NCBI RefSeq assembly: GCF_000284455.1
Contig: NC_017039.1
Span: 2,760,001-2,792,000, forward strand
Source of the DNA: Synechocystis sp. PCC 6803 substr. PCC-P
GTDB lineage: Bacteria > Cyanobacteriota > Cyanobacteriia > Cyanobacteriales > Microcystaceae
Length of the DNA: 32,000 bases
Direction of reading: 5' to 3'
Part shown: in pieces, positions 9,150 through 19,230 of the stretch
How the letters are laid out: each line of letters opens with the position of its first letter
How positions within the stretch are numbered: the stretch's first letter is position 1
The notes under the pieces: generated by a model
Told to the model about the DNA's origin: nothing
Seen by the model: only the letters and a program-made list of their open reading frames with translations
The model's database searches: none
Made by a program: the position numbers and the translations under genes

Positions 9150-10322
9150 ATGATTTCCGTTGCCGCCGCCGTTGAAATTATCCAAGCCCATTGGCCCAAT
9201 TTTGGTGATACTACCATGGATGTTGATGGTAGCTATGGGAGAGTTTTGGCAGAATCCATTGAAGCTGACCGGGATTATCCCCCCGGCGATCGGGTGATGA
9301 TGGACGGAGTTGCCTTGGCTTGGTCGGAATACCACCAGGGCCGTCGTCATTTCAAGCTTTTAGGGACGGTGGCCGCTGGGACTCCGCAATCTAGTTTGCC
9401 AGACCAGACCGGTTGCTTAGAGGTGATGACGGGAGCCCTACTACCCCAGAATTGTGATTTGGTTATTCCTTACGAAGAAGTGGCGATCGCCGATAATCAG
9501 GTAAAAATTATTAATCCTCGGCAGAGAGAACCGGGGGAATTTGTTCACCCCAAGGCTAGTGACTGTCGAGCAGGCAAAGTCATTTTAGAATCTTCCTCAA
9601 AGTTAAATGGTCCTGCCTGGAATATTATTACTTCCTTTGGAAAAACTAAAGTTAGAGTTAAACAAAAGCCCCGCATCCAAATTATTTCTACTGGGGATGA
9701 ATTGGTAGAAATTACTCAAAAGCCAAAAATTCATCAATTACGTCGCTCTAACATTTATGGGCTCCAAGTATCTTTGCAAAGCCGAGGGTTTCAAAACGTA
9801 AATTTGACCCACTTAGCTGATGATAAAGAAGTAATTATTCGCCATTATCAAAAGGCTAAACTGGAATATAGAGTTTTGATTTATTCCGGTGGTATTTCTA
9901 AAGGAAAATTTGATTATTTACCAGAAGTCTGGTCCCAATTGGGGGTAACTAAATATATCCATGGTGTGGCTCAAAAGCCTGGTAAACCAATGTATTTTGG
10001 TATTGATCATCGGAGTAAAACTGTTATTATTGGTCTGCCAGGGAATCCAATTTCTAGCCTTGTTTGTCTACATCGCTATTTTTTGGATAGTGCTCCAATC
10101 TACGCTCAGTTAACTACGGATTTTACTTTTAAAAAAGATTTAACCTATTTCTTGCCTGTTAAACTAAGTCACACACCCCAAGCGGTGATTAAAGCTGAGC
10201 CACTGCCAGTCAAAAACTCCGGGGAATTTATTGCCCTAGCTGGCAGTGATGGCTTTTTGGAATTACCCCAACACCAAGCATCTTTTCAGGCTGGAGAATG
10301 TTTTCCTTTCTATGCCTGGTAG
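9150..10322 (+). CDS. moeA: Molybdopterin molybdenumtransferase
   Basis: 390 aa starting 15 nt after cynS. MoeA-like motifs are YPPGDRVMMDGVAL, ISTGDELVE, SGGISKGKFDY and GLPGNPISS. Confidence 0.85.
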   Translation: MISVAAAVEIIQAHWPNFGDTTMDVDGSYGRVLAESIEADRDYPPGDRVMMDGVALAWSEYHQGRRHFKLLGTVAAGTPQSSLPDQTGCLEVMTGALLPQNCDLVIPYEEVAIADNQVKIINPRQREPGEFVHPKASDCRAGKVILESSSKLNGPAWNIITSFGKTKVRVKQKPRIQIISTGDELVEITQKPKIHQLRRSNIYGLQVSLQSRGFQNVNLTHLADDKEVIIRHYQKAKLEYRVLIYSGGISKGKFDYLPEVWSQLGVTKYIHGVAQKPGKPMYFGIDHRSKTVIIGLPGNPISSLVCLHRYFLDSAPIYAQLTTDFTFKKDLTYFLPVKLSHTPQAVIKAEPLPVKNSGEFIALAGSDGFLELPQHQASFQAGECFPFYAW

Positions 10323-10336
10323 AATTAGCATTGCCC

Positions 10337-11281
10337 ATGTCTAAGACCTTAGTTGATAGTTATGGCCGTCGCATTCGTAAATTGAGGGTTTCCCTCACGG
10401 ATCAGTGTAATTTGCGTTGCCATTATTGTATGCCAGTAGATGCAATATTTCTTGAGCAATCAAGCTATTTATCTTGTCAGGAATATGGGGAAATTATTGG
10501 AGAGTTAATTGCGTTGGGCTTGGAAGAAGTCCGTTTAACGGGGGGAGAACCTTTATTAAGAAGGAATTTTACTGAAATTGTCCGAGCCATCGGTCAATTA
10601 AAACTTAAAAAGATTGGTTTAACCACTAATGGTATTGTTCTAGATCGACATTTAGATACCCTGGGGGAGAATAATGTTCTGGATTTAAACGTTAGTCTCG
10701 ATAGTTTAAACGCCAAAACTTTTTCAGAAATCACCCATCGCAATTGCCTTAATACAATTCTTCGTAATCTTGAATTAGCTTCTCGTCAGGGATTTAAAAT
10801 CAAACTTAACACTGTAGTAATGAGGGAAATTAATGACCGTGAAATTTTTGATCTTATTGAATATGCTAAGCGATGGGAAATGGAAATTAGATTTTTGGAA
10901 ATTATGCGTATTGGATATGCCTGTCGACACCAAGAAAAAACGTTTATTTCTGCCCAAGAGTTACTGGCAAAAATCCAGCAAAAATATAGCCTAAAACCGA
11001 TCCAATCTGCCTTAGATGCTACGGCATTTCGTTACAGCACTAGTTGTGGAGGCATAATCGGTTTTATTGCCTCCGAATCCCAGCCATTTTGCGGTCATTG
11101 TTCCCGTTGGCGGTTATCGGTAGATGGCACTCTAAGGGCTTGTTTACTTAAAAATGAAGGGATCAATATTCGTAACTTTTCATCCTTGGAACGCCAACAT
11201 GTTTATCAGCAATTATTGGGGATGAAGCCCTATTTGCGTCCCCCTGAAGTTAGCCACGCTATGCATCAAATTGGAGGATAA
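10337..11281 (+). CDS. moaA: GTP 3',8-cyclase (radical SAM Moco biosynthesis protein A)
   Basis: Starts at the ATG at 10337 (MSKTLVDSYGRRIRKLRVSLTDQCNLRCHYCMP, with the CxxxCxxC radical-SAM motif). A C-terminal cluster CGHCSRWRLSVDGTLRAC is present. The track ORF from 10298 overlaps the moeA end and is an over-extension. Confidence 0.9.
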   Translation: MSKTLVDSYGRRIRKLRVSLTDQCNLRCHYCMPVDAIFLEQSSYLSCQEYGEIIGELIALGLEEVRLTGGEPLLRRNFTEIVRAIGQLKLKKIGLTTNGIVLDRHLDTLGENNVLDLNVSLDSLNAKTFSEITHRNCLNTILRNLELASRQGFKIKLNTVVMREINDREIFDLIEYAKRWEMEIRFLEIMRIGYACRHQEKTFISAQELLAKIQQKYSLKPIQSALDATAFRYSTSCGGIIGFIASESQPFCGHCSRWRLSVDGTLRACLLKNEGINIRNFSSLERQHVYQQLLGMKPYLRPPEVSHAMHQIGG

Positions 11282-12325
11282 ATGTTTACCCATCTTGACG
11301 AAAATCAACAGCCCCGTATGGTGGACATTAGTCAAAAAGTAGCTGGCGATCGCCGGGCGGTGGCCCAGTGCATAGTGCAGTTACCCAAAGCTATCAAAGA
11401 TTACTTAACAGGACAGGAAATTTTTCTCAAGAAAGGGCCGGTTATTCAAACAGCGATTATCGCCGGTACTATGGCGGTGAAAAAAACAGCGGATCTGATT
11501 CCCTTTTGCCACACTTTGCCAATCCATGGGTGTAAATTTGATATTAATATTGTTTATCAAAAGCGAGATTATTTAGAAATATTTTTACAATGTGCTGTTA
11601 ACACTAATTACAAAACTGGCGTGGAAATGGAAGCCCTTTGCGGGGTTTCAGTGGCAGCATTGACTATTTACGATATGTGTAAATCTATCAGCTCAGAAAT
11701 TATCATCAAAAATACTAAATTAATCGAAAAAACTGGTGGTAAAGCTGATGTTAGCCAAACGCCCCTTTACGGTTTAGTGTTGACCGGGGGAAAAAGTAGA
11801 CGCATGGGGAAAGATAAAGCTTTAATTAATTATCAAGGGCAACCCCATGGGCAATATATTTATGATTTGTTGGCAAAATATTGCGAGCAAGTTTTCTTGT
11901 CTGCCCGTCCTAGTCAGTGGCAAGGAACACCGTTGGAAAATTTACCTACCCTAGTAGATAGGGGAGAAAGTGTGGGGCCGATGTCGGGAATTTTAACGGC
12001 TTTGCAGAGCTATCCTGGGGTTAATTGGCTCATTATTGCCTGTGATTTAGCCTATATCAATAGTACAATGGTGGAAAAATTAATTGCCCAGGCTCGCCAA
12101 GATTTGGTGGCAACTTGCTACGAAAATGCGGATCAAGGTTTTCCCGAAGCTCTCTGTGGTTTTTATACTCCCCTTGCTCTACAGTTATTTACTAAAGCCC
12201 AAAATATTGGTTTACATTGTCCAGTTAAAATTTTACAAATGGCAGATTGTCAGCTGATTAAACCGGATAATTTATTTGATATCGCTAATATTAATAGTCC
12301 TGAAGATTATGGCCAAATCAATTAA
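11282..12325 (+). CDS. moaC: Bifunctional MoaC (cyclic pyranopterin monophosphate synthase) / MobA (Moco guanylyltransferase) fusion
   Basis: The N-terminal half has a MoaC pattern (MVDISQK...ADLIPFCHTLP...EMEALCGVSVAALTIYDMCK). The C-terminal half has a MobA pattern (LYGLVLTGGKSRRMGKDKALI...IIACDLAY). The ATG directly abuts the moaA stop (TAAATG). Confidence 0.85.
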   Translation: MFTHLDENQQPRMVDISQKVAGDRRAVAQCIVQLPKAIKDYLTGQEIFLKKGPVIQTAIIAGTMAVKKTADLIPFCHTLPIHGCKFDINIVYQKRDYLEIFLQCAVNTNYKTGVEMEALCGVSVAALTIYDMCKSISSEIIIKNTKLIEKTGGKADVSQTPLYGLVLTGGKSRRMGKDKALINYQGQPHGQYIYDLLAKYCEQVFLSARPSQWQGTPLENLPTLVDRGESVGPMSGILTALQSYPGVNWLIIACDLAYINSTMVEKLIAQARQDLVATCYENADQGFPEALCGFYTPLALQLFTKAQNIGLHCPVKILQMADCQLIKPDNLFDIANINSPEDYGQIN

Positions 12326-12554
12326 ACTCAGATATTTTGCTTCTCTCCAAGAACAGGCTAAGGTTGCAGAAGAAAGTTTAGTAACAAAGCTAAATACCTA
12401 CCAAGAACTTTATGATTCCTTGGCTAAACGTCATGGTTTTAATTTATCCTCCTCCCAAGTCAAAGTGGCAGTTAATGATGAATTTACCACCATGGAAAAT
12501 ATAATTTTAGACCAGTCCACAATTGTTTTTATCCCCCCCGTTGCTGGGGGTTAA
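12309..12554 (+). CDS. moaD: Molybdopterin synthase sulfur-carrier subunit
   Basis: 81 aa counted from the ATG at 12309, ending in the diagnostic C-terminal Gly-Gly (FIPPVAGG). It overlaps the moaC-mobA end by 17 nt. The track start at 12276 is an over-extension. Confidence 0.8.
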
Positions 12555-12559
12555 TTTCC

Positions 12560-12997
12560 ATGGCTTTAGCTTTATTTGACATTAGTGATCAACCAATCAA
12601 TACCCAACCTTTAATTTCAGCTTTACAGTGTGACCAAGCTGGAGCCCTAGTAACTTTTGCTGGTTGGGTGAGAAACCACAATGACGGTAAACAAGTCGAC
12701 TCTTTGGAATACCAAGTCTATCGGGAGTTAGCCATCAACGAGGGTTTTAAAATTATTGCTGAAGCTAAAGAAAAATATGATCTCCACCAGGCGATCGCCG
12801 TCCATCGTAGTGGCCATTTAAAAATTGGTGAAACTGCAGTATGGGTGGGGACTGTGGCTAGCCATCGCCAAGCTGCTTTTCAAGGTACTCAGTATGTTAT
12901 TGACCAAATTAAACTGAGATTACCCATTTGGAAAAAGGAACATTACTTCGATTATCCGGCCACATGGGTTTATTGTTGCCATCATCATGGTAGTTAG
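12560..12997 (+). CDS. moaE: Molybdopterin synthase catalytic subunit
   Basis: 145 aa starting 5 nt after moaD. MoaE pattern: [17 protein letters not shown]...[16 protein letters not shown]...LPIWKKEHY. Confidence 0.85.
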
Positions 12998-13151
12998 ATT
13001 ACTAACCATCTGGCTAAATGGAGATTAATAACACTAATTAATGGCACTAATTTGATTTAATAACGATAATTATCCGGTGGGAATTGGTAATTTTAGTGAC
13101 CCTTTTTCGCTAGGATAATTAAAGTAAAATAACTCGAGGGTAATATTGATC

Positions 13152-13436
13152 ATGGCTAATACAACTAAAGGAGCCGATGCCATTGACCAGGCGATCGCCG
13201 CTGGCATTGATTTTGATGGCAGTGCCATTCCCGAAGCCAAGCTGGAACTCTATCATCAGGTGATGGGCTTGGAAGCAGGTCGGCAACGCAGTGGGGTCAG
13301 TAATACCATGCGCTCCCGCATTGTCCGCATTGGAGCCAAACATATTGTCCAGGCAGAACTAGACCAAAAATTAATTGACGCTGGCTTTGCACCCCTCAAG
13401 GATAAAGAAATTGCTTTTTTCTATGGCGCTAAGTAG
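13152..13436 (+). CDS. Small soluble protein of unknown function (94 aa from the ATG at 13152; the track uses TTG at 13146)
   Basis: Open frame with native-looking codon usage that contains a HIP1 site (13191-13198). I cannot recognise any motif. The antisense 74-aa ORF (13119-13343) is taken to be a shadow. Confidence 0.55.
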   Translation: MANTTKGADAIDQAIAAGIDFDGSAIPEAKLELYHQVMGLEAGRQRSGVSNTMRSRIVRIGAKHIVQAELDQKLIDAGFAPLKDKEIAFFYGAK

Positions 13437-13594
13437 GCTACTTTGCGTCTGAGCAGAGTAGCTATCTTGCCTCTTGGCTAACTAAGCCCACAGTCCATTG
13501 TCACCCTGCAGAGTTTGGGACCTTTAGTGAAAATTTTCCCATGTTATCTTGATAGGTAAAATCAGGCTAGGTGAACTGAGTTTGTGGGTCGACT

Positions 13595-15124
13595 ATGTTA
13601 GCAAGGGTTTGGAGTGCTTCCCTGTTGGGCATTGATGCCATTAAGGTCGGGGTAGAAGTAGACGTTTCCGCTGGGCTTCCGGCGATCGCCGTGGTGGGGC
13701 TACCAGATACGGCAGTGCAGGAATCCAGGGAACGGGTCAAGGCGGCGTTAAAGAATGCGGGCTTTGCTTTCCCCGTGCGGCGCATTGTCATTAATCTCAC
13801 CCCGGCCGATTTACGTAAAGAAGGCCCCAGCTTTGACTTACCCATTGGCATTGGCATCCTGGCCGCATCGGAGCAGGTGGATGCCCAACTATTGGGAGAT
13901 TATTTGTTTTTAGGGGAAATGTCCCTGGATGGCAGTTTACGGGCGATCGCCGGTGTTCTTCCCATTGCGGCCACAGCGCAAAAAATGGGCTTAGCAGGCA
14001 TAGTGGTACCGTCGGGCAACGCCTTGGAAGCCTCCGTGGTGCAGGGCTTAAAAGTCTATGGCTTCGACCACATTAAAGAAGTGGTGGACTTTCTCGGAGC
14101 ACCGGAAAAATTTACCCCAGTTAATGCCCAGGATGCCAAGCAACAGTGGAACACCTCCCTGCCTTGTTTGGATTTGAAAGATGTGAAAGGGCAATCCCAT
14201 GGCCGGAGAGCCTTAGAAATTGCCGCCGCCGGAGGCCATAACTTGATTTTTGTCGGCCCACCAGGCAGTGGGAAAACCATGTTGGCTCGCCGTTTGCCTG
14301 GTATCTTGCCGCCGCTCCAATTTGAAGAAGCGTTGGAAGTGTCCCAAGTCCATTCTGTGGCAGGGTTACTGAAAGAACGGGGACAATTAATCCGTCAGCG
14401 TCCTTTTCGCAGTCCCCACCATTCCGCCTCTGGTCCTTCCCTAGTGGGAGGGGGGAGTTTTCCTCGGCCGGGGGAAATTTCCTTGGCCCATCGGGGGGTT
14501 TTGTTTTTAGATGAACTGACAGAATTTAAACGCAATGTGTTGGAATTTTTGCGTCAACCCTTGGAGGACGGGCACGTTACCATTTCCCGCACCAAGCAAA
14601 CCATCATGTTCCCAGCCCAATTTACCCTGATTGCCAGCACCAATCCCTGTCCCTGTGGTTATTTTGGCGATCCCATTCAAGCCTGTTCCTGTTCTCCTCG
14701 CCAGAGGGAAATGTATTGGTCTAAGCTTTCTGGCCCTTTGATGGACCGCATTGATCTACAGGTGGCAGTTAACCGTCTTAAGCCAGAGGAAATGACTAGC
14801 CAAGGCCAGGGAGAAAGTTCAGAACCAGTGCGGCAAAGAGTAGCCAAGGCCAGGGCCATGGCGATCGCCAGATTTAGTAAAGATGCAAAAATTAGTTGTA
14901 ATGCCGAAATGCAGGCAGGGCAATTGCGTCAATTTTGTCACTTGGATGAAAACTGCCGTCAACTGCTGGAAGGAGCGATCAAAAAACTGGGGCTCTCCGC
15001 CCGGGCCATGGACCGCATTTTGAAAGTATCCCGCACCATCGCTGACCTAGGGCGATCGGAGCATATCCAAGCATCTCATCTGGCGGAAGCTATTCAATAC
15101 CGCACCCTAGATAGGTTCACTTAA
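13595..15124 (+). CDS. comM: Mg-chelatase-like AAA+ ATPase, YifB/ComM family
   Basis: 509 aa. N-terminal Lon-protease-like domain (MLARVWSASLLGIDAIKVGVEVD), Walker A GPPGSGKTM and Walker B VLFLDEL. C-terminal ChlI-type region SARAMDRILKVSRTIADL. Confidence 0.9.
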   Translation: MLARVWSASLLGIDAIKVGVEVDVSAGLPAIAVVGLPDTAVQESRERVKAALKNAGFAFPVRRIVINLTPADLRKEGPSFDLPIGIGILAASEQVDAQLLGDYLFLGEMSLDGSLRAIAGVLPIAATAQKMGLAGIVVPSGNALEASVVQGLKVYGFDHIKEVVDFLGAPEKFTPVNAQDAKQQWNTSLPCLDLKDVKGQSHGRRALEIAAAGGHNLIFVGPPGSGKTMLARRLPGILPPLQFEEALEVSQVHSVAGLLKERGQLIRQRPFRSPHHSASGPSLVGGGSFPRPGEISLAHRGVLFLDELTEFKRNVLEFLRQPLEDGHVTISRTKQTIMFPAQFTLIASTNPCPCGYFGDPIQACSCSPRQREMYWSKLSGPLMDRIDLQVAVNRLKPEEMTSQGQGESSEPVRQRVAKARAMAIARFSKDAKISCNAEMQAGQLRQFCHLDENCRQLLEGAIKKLGLSARAMDRILKVSRTIADLGRSEHIQASHLAEAIQYRTLDRFT

Positions 15125-15274
15125 ACAATAAAGCTAGCTTTTTTTGCGTATATCCAAATAATTTACCAATATCTACTTAGTCATCATCAGACTAGCGAGC
15201 GCTTTTGAACAATCTTAGGAGATCGAGACATGGATGGCCTGACCCTGACTAAAAAAAGTGGATAAAGCACAATA

Positions 15275-16774
15275 ATGCGGATTCTCATTTTAAACCCACC
15301 CCACCCGGCCATTGGTAGCCGAATTCCAAAGGAACAACTGCCACCTCTGGGGCTTTTAAGTATTGGTGGCCCATTGTTGGATGCTGGCCATGATGTTACT
15401 CTGCTCGATGCTGAATTTGGTCCACTTACAGACAGTGAAATCGTAGAACGAGTTTGCGCTCATTGCCCACAATTACTTTTGATTGGGCATTCTGGATCAA
15501 CTTCTGCCCATCCCATCGTTTGCCGCCTAACGTTGTTTTTACGTGAACGATTGCCAAACTTGATAATTGTTTATGGTGGTGTTTTTCCGACTTATCATTT
15601 TCATGACATCCTAACAAAGGAACCCCAAATTGATTTTATTGTTCGAGGTGAAGGTGAAGCTACTGTTGCCAAATTGATAGCCGCCCTTGAAAATCATAAT
15701 GATTTAAATAAAGTAGATGGTATTGCCTTCCGTCGCGACGAACAAATTATTGAAACGCTTCCTGCTCCGATGATTCAAGACCTTGATGTCTATCGTGTGG
15801 GCTGGGAACTCGTAGACTTGAAAAAATATAGTTATTATGGCGGTAAACAGGCCGTGGTTATCCAGTTTTCCCGGGGTTGTCCCCATTTGTGTAACTATTG
15901 CGGACAAAGGGGATTTTGGGCCCGTTGGCGACATCGTGATCCTAAAAAATTTGCCCAGGAAATTGTCTGGCTCCATCGAACTCACGGCGTACAATTATTT
16001 AATTTAGCGGATGAAAATCCAACGGTAAATAAAGCCATTTGGCAAGAGTTTTGCGAAGCTATCATCGCCGAAAATATATCCATAACTATTATCGGTTCAA
16101 CTCGAGCAGATGATATTGTACGGGATGCCGATATTCTACATCTTTACCGCAGGGCAGGAGTCGAGCGATTTTTGTTAGGTATGGAAAATACAAATGAAGC
16201 TACGCTCAAGCACATACGAAAAGGAAGTAAGACAAGCACTGATCGTGAAGCAATTCGATTATTAAGACAGCATAATATTCTCTCCCTTGCCACTTGGGTA
16301 ACGGATTTTGAAGAGGTTAGAGATCGTGATTTTATTCAGGCTTTAAAGCAGTTACTGTATTACGATCCCGATCAAATTATGTCGTTGTACGTTACGCCCC
16401 ATCGTTGGACTAGTTTCTATGGCATTGCATCGGAAAGGCGTGTCATCCAACTTGATCAAACCAAATGGGACTATAAGCACCAAGTTTTAGCAGCTACCCA
16501 TATGCCTCCCTGGCGAATTTTTCTGTGGGTAAAGTTGATTGAAATTTTGCTACAAACTCGACCGAAAGCACTATGGCGTTTATTGTTTCAACCGAATAAA
16601 GCTTCGCGACGGGGAATGTATTGGTTTACCCTGATGGGTCGTCGCGTTTTAGTACATGAGCTGATTAATTTTTTCTTTGGCGATCGCCGAGTGAAAAATG
16701 GGCCCACACTACAGGAATTTTGGGGAATGCCACAAGAACATCAAGAAATTCCCTTGAGTATCACTCGTAAATAG
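15275..16774 (+). CDS. B12-binding-domain radical SAM protein (class B, BchE/P-methylase-like)
   Basis: The N-terminal Rossmann-like cobalamin-binding region (MRILILNPP...GLLSIGGPLLDAGHDVTLLD) is followed by the radical-SAM cluster FSRGCPHLCNYCGQ. Substrate cannot be inferred from sequence alone. Confidence 0.8.
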   Translation: MRILILNPPHPAIGSRIPKEQLPPLGLLSIGGPLLDAGHDVTLLDAEFGPLTDSEIVERVCAHCPQLLLIGHSGSTSAHPIVCRLTLFLRERLPNLIIVYGGVFPTYHFHDILTKEPQIDFIVRGEGEATVAKLIAALENHNDLNKVDGIAFRRDEQIIETLPAPMIQDLDVYRVGWELVDLKKYSYYGGKQAVVIQFSRGCPHLCNYCGQRGFWARWRHRDPKKFAQEIVWLHRTHGVQLFNLADENPTVNKAIWQEFCEAIIAENISITIIGSTRADDIVRDADILHLYRRAGVERFLLGMENTNEATLKHIRKGSKTSTDREAIRLLRQHNILSLATWVTDFEEVRDRDFIQALKQLLYYDPDQIMSLYVTPHRWTSFYGIASERRVIQLDQTKWDYKHQVLAATHMPPWRIFLWVKLIEILLQTRPKALWRLLFQPNKASRRGMYWFTLMGRRVLVHELINFFFGDRRVKNGPTLQEFWGMPQEHQEIPLSITRK

Positions 16775-17337
16775 CTAAAAACGGTCAGAATATTTTTTGC
16801 TCAACCCCATCACCTCTGCCATAGGTAAAATCGAAACCCCCAAGGCGATCGGCATTTTACTTTTTCCTTGTCACTAGCTTTTTGTAGTCATTTTTTCATT
16901 TGTTGTCCCTGGACCGGTAGACAGTAATCAAACCGACGGTGGAATCCGCACTTTGGAGTATTCCCCAAACTGATGAATTCAGCTTCGCTCACCCCCATCA
17001 TCAGGTCAGCAACAAAAGTGTAGTCCCTGGCCATTCCATCGTGGCCGCGCCATGGGCGATCGCCAGTTTCTTATGGGAGCAAGGTGGGGCTAACCGCACC
17101 GTCCCTAGGTCATTCAAGCCCTTTGCCTATCCCCTGGACAGCTTGCAGAAATCCTGGCCGCTCGTTACAATCCTTCAAAATATTCTCACTTTGTAAGGGA
17201 TAATGGATAAAACTTGACTCTGTCTGTCTTGTTCGGTTAACACAACCTATAGACAAGGGTTTTATTTACCCAACGCAGAATAAAAATTAAAACGTCTTTA
17301 AGACACAAAACACTATTCGTTACTAGAAGGAGCGTCA

Positions 17338-18861
17338 ATGGGACTACCTTGGTATCGCGTTCATACAGTTGTCCTGAATGATCCAGGGCGACTCATCTCT
17401 GTCCATTTAATGCACACTGCCCTAGTGGCTGGCTGGGCTGGATCTATGGCTCTCTATGAGTTGGCCATTTTTGACTCCAGCGATGCTGTGCTTAACCCCA
17501 TGTGGCGGCAAGGCATGTTTGTTTTGCCCTTCATGGCCCGCCTCGGTGTCACCAGTTCCTGGAATGGCTGGAGCGTCACCGGAGAAACTGGTTTGGATCC
17601 CGGTTTCTGGTCCTTTGAAGGGGTAGCTGCTGCCCACATCGTTCTATCTGGTCTGTTGTTCCTAGCCGCCGTATGGCACTGGGTATTTTGGGACCTGGAA
17701 TTATTTGTTGACCCCCGTACCGGTGAATCCGCATTGGATTTGCCCAAAATGTTTGGTATTCACCTCTTCTTGTCTGGTTTGCTCTGCTTCGGTTTTGGTG
17801 CTTTCCACCTCACCGGCGTTTGGGGCCCTGGCATGTGGGTATCCGACCCCTATGGTCTGACGGGCCACGTACAGCCAGTGGCACCGGAATGGGGACCAGC
17901 TGGCTTTAACCCGTTTAACCCCGGTGGGGTAGTGGCTCACCACATTGCTGCTGGTATTGTCGGTATCATTGCCGGTCTTTTCCACCTTACGGTACGGCCC
18001 CCTGAGCGCTTGTATAAAGCCCTCCGCATGGGGAATATTGAGACCGTATTGTCCAGTAGTATTGCCGCTGTATTTTTTGCCGCTTTCGTCGTGGCCGGTA
18101 CCATGTGGTACGGTAATGCCACCACCCCCATCGAACTCTTTGGCCCCACCCGTTATCAGTGGGATAAGGGTTATTTTCAAGAAGAAATCCAACGCCGGGT
18201 TGATAGCCAGTTAGCAGAAGGAGCTTCCCTATCTGAAGCCTGGTCCACCATCCCTGAAAAGTTGGCTTTCTACGATTACGTCGGTAACAGCCCCGCTAAA
18301 GGTGGTTTGTTTCGTACCGGTGCTATGAACAGTGGTGATGGCATTGCCCAGGAATGGATTGGTCACCCCATATTCAAAGACAAAGAAGGTCGGGAACTGG
18401 AGGTACGGCGTATGCCTAACTTCTTTGAAACTTTCCCCGTCATCATGACCGATGCGGATGGTGTAGTCCGGGCGGATATTCCCTTCCGTCGTTCCGAGTC
18501 TAAATTCAGTGTGGAACAAACCGGTGTTACCGTCAGCTTCTACGGTGGTGCTTTAGACGGCCAGACCTTCAGCAATCCCAGTGATGTGAAGAAGTTTGCC
18601 CGGAAAGCTCAGTTGGGTGAAGGCTTCGACTTCGATACGGAAACCTTCAACTCTGATGGTGTATTCCGCACCAGTCCCCGGGGTTGGTTTACCTTTGGCC
18701 ACGCTGTCTTTGCCTTGCTCTTCTTCTTTGGTCACATCTGGCATGGTTCCCGGACTCTGTTCCGTGACGTATTTGCTGGGGTTGATCCTGGTTTGGAAGA
18801 ACAAGTGGAATTTGGTGTGTTTGCTAAGGTTGGTGACCTTTCCACCCGGAAAGAAGCCTAG
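17338..18861 (+). CDS. psbB: Photosystem II CP47 chlorophyll apoprotein
   Basis: 507 aa. [43 protein letters not shown] is the near-invariant CP47 N-terminus. GAAGGAG lies 6 nt upstream of the ATG. Confidence 0.98.
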
Positions 18862-18898
18862 GTGCTTCTTGCACAGCTTTTAACCACAGCTTAAGAGC

Positions 18899-19000
18899 GT
18901 GTTTGAAAAGCCTCCCTGGTCACCCAAGTTTGGGGGGAAACTAAGTCAAAGTCCCCCAGCATCGGGAGATTTAGGGAGCAGAGTCAGACTTTACAAACAG
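18899..19000 (+). repeat. MITE-like element A (~102 nt) with imperfect 12-nt terminal inverted repeats, in the psbB 3' UTR
   Basis: Left end is GTGTTTGAAAAG (18899-18910). Right end is CTTTACAAACAG (18989-19000), a 10/12 match to the reverse complement. The interior folds on itself (TGGGGG/CCCCCA, CTCCC/GGGAG). The same termini occur in inverted orientation at 28435-28544. Confidence 0.5.
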
Positions 19001-19077
19001 GTTCTAAGTCTTGGGAGTTATCCCTCATAATTCGAGCTAACTCAATCAAAACTTAAAGTTTACAGAAACTATTTTTA

Positions 19078-19121
19078 AAGCGATTTCTTCTACAGGGGAA
19101 GTCGCTTTTTGTTGCTTTTTT
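19078..19121 (+). terminator. Rho-independent terminator downstream of psbB
   Basis: 13-bp stem AAGCGATTTCTTC / GGGGAAGTCGCTT (3 G-U pairs), loop TACA, followed by TTTGTTGCTTTTTT. Confidence 0.7.
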
Positions 19122-19230
19122 GGAGTTATTAATAACCTTACCAGTGTGCTATGATGCCAGGGTCAAAGCCCCTGGTAAGCAATTGAAATTAGTTGCTTTT
19201 ACTAATTTTTAACATCCCTTGATTATCACC

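Noticed and set aside
15130-15146. Possible terminator after comM (AAAGCTAGCTTT followed by a T-run)
   Set aside because: The palindrome allows only a 4-bp A/T-rich stem with a 4-nt loop, too weak to call with confidence.
16939-17196. 85-aa ORF between the radical SAM gene and psbB
   Set aside because: GTG start without a ribosome-binding site, a low-complexity and unrecognisable sequence, and no supporting context. Treated as non-coding upstream DNA of psbB.
18862-19218. Expected psbT gene immediately downstream of psbB
   Set aside because: No ATG-initiated ~31-codon hydrophobic ORF exists here on the + strand. The interval is filled by MITE-like element A and a terminator.
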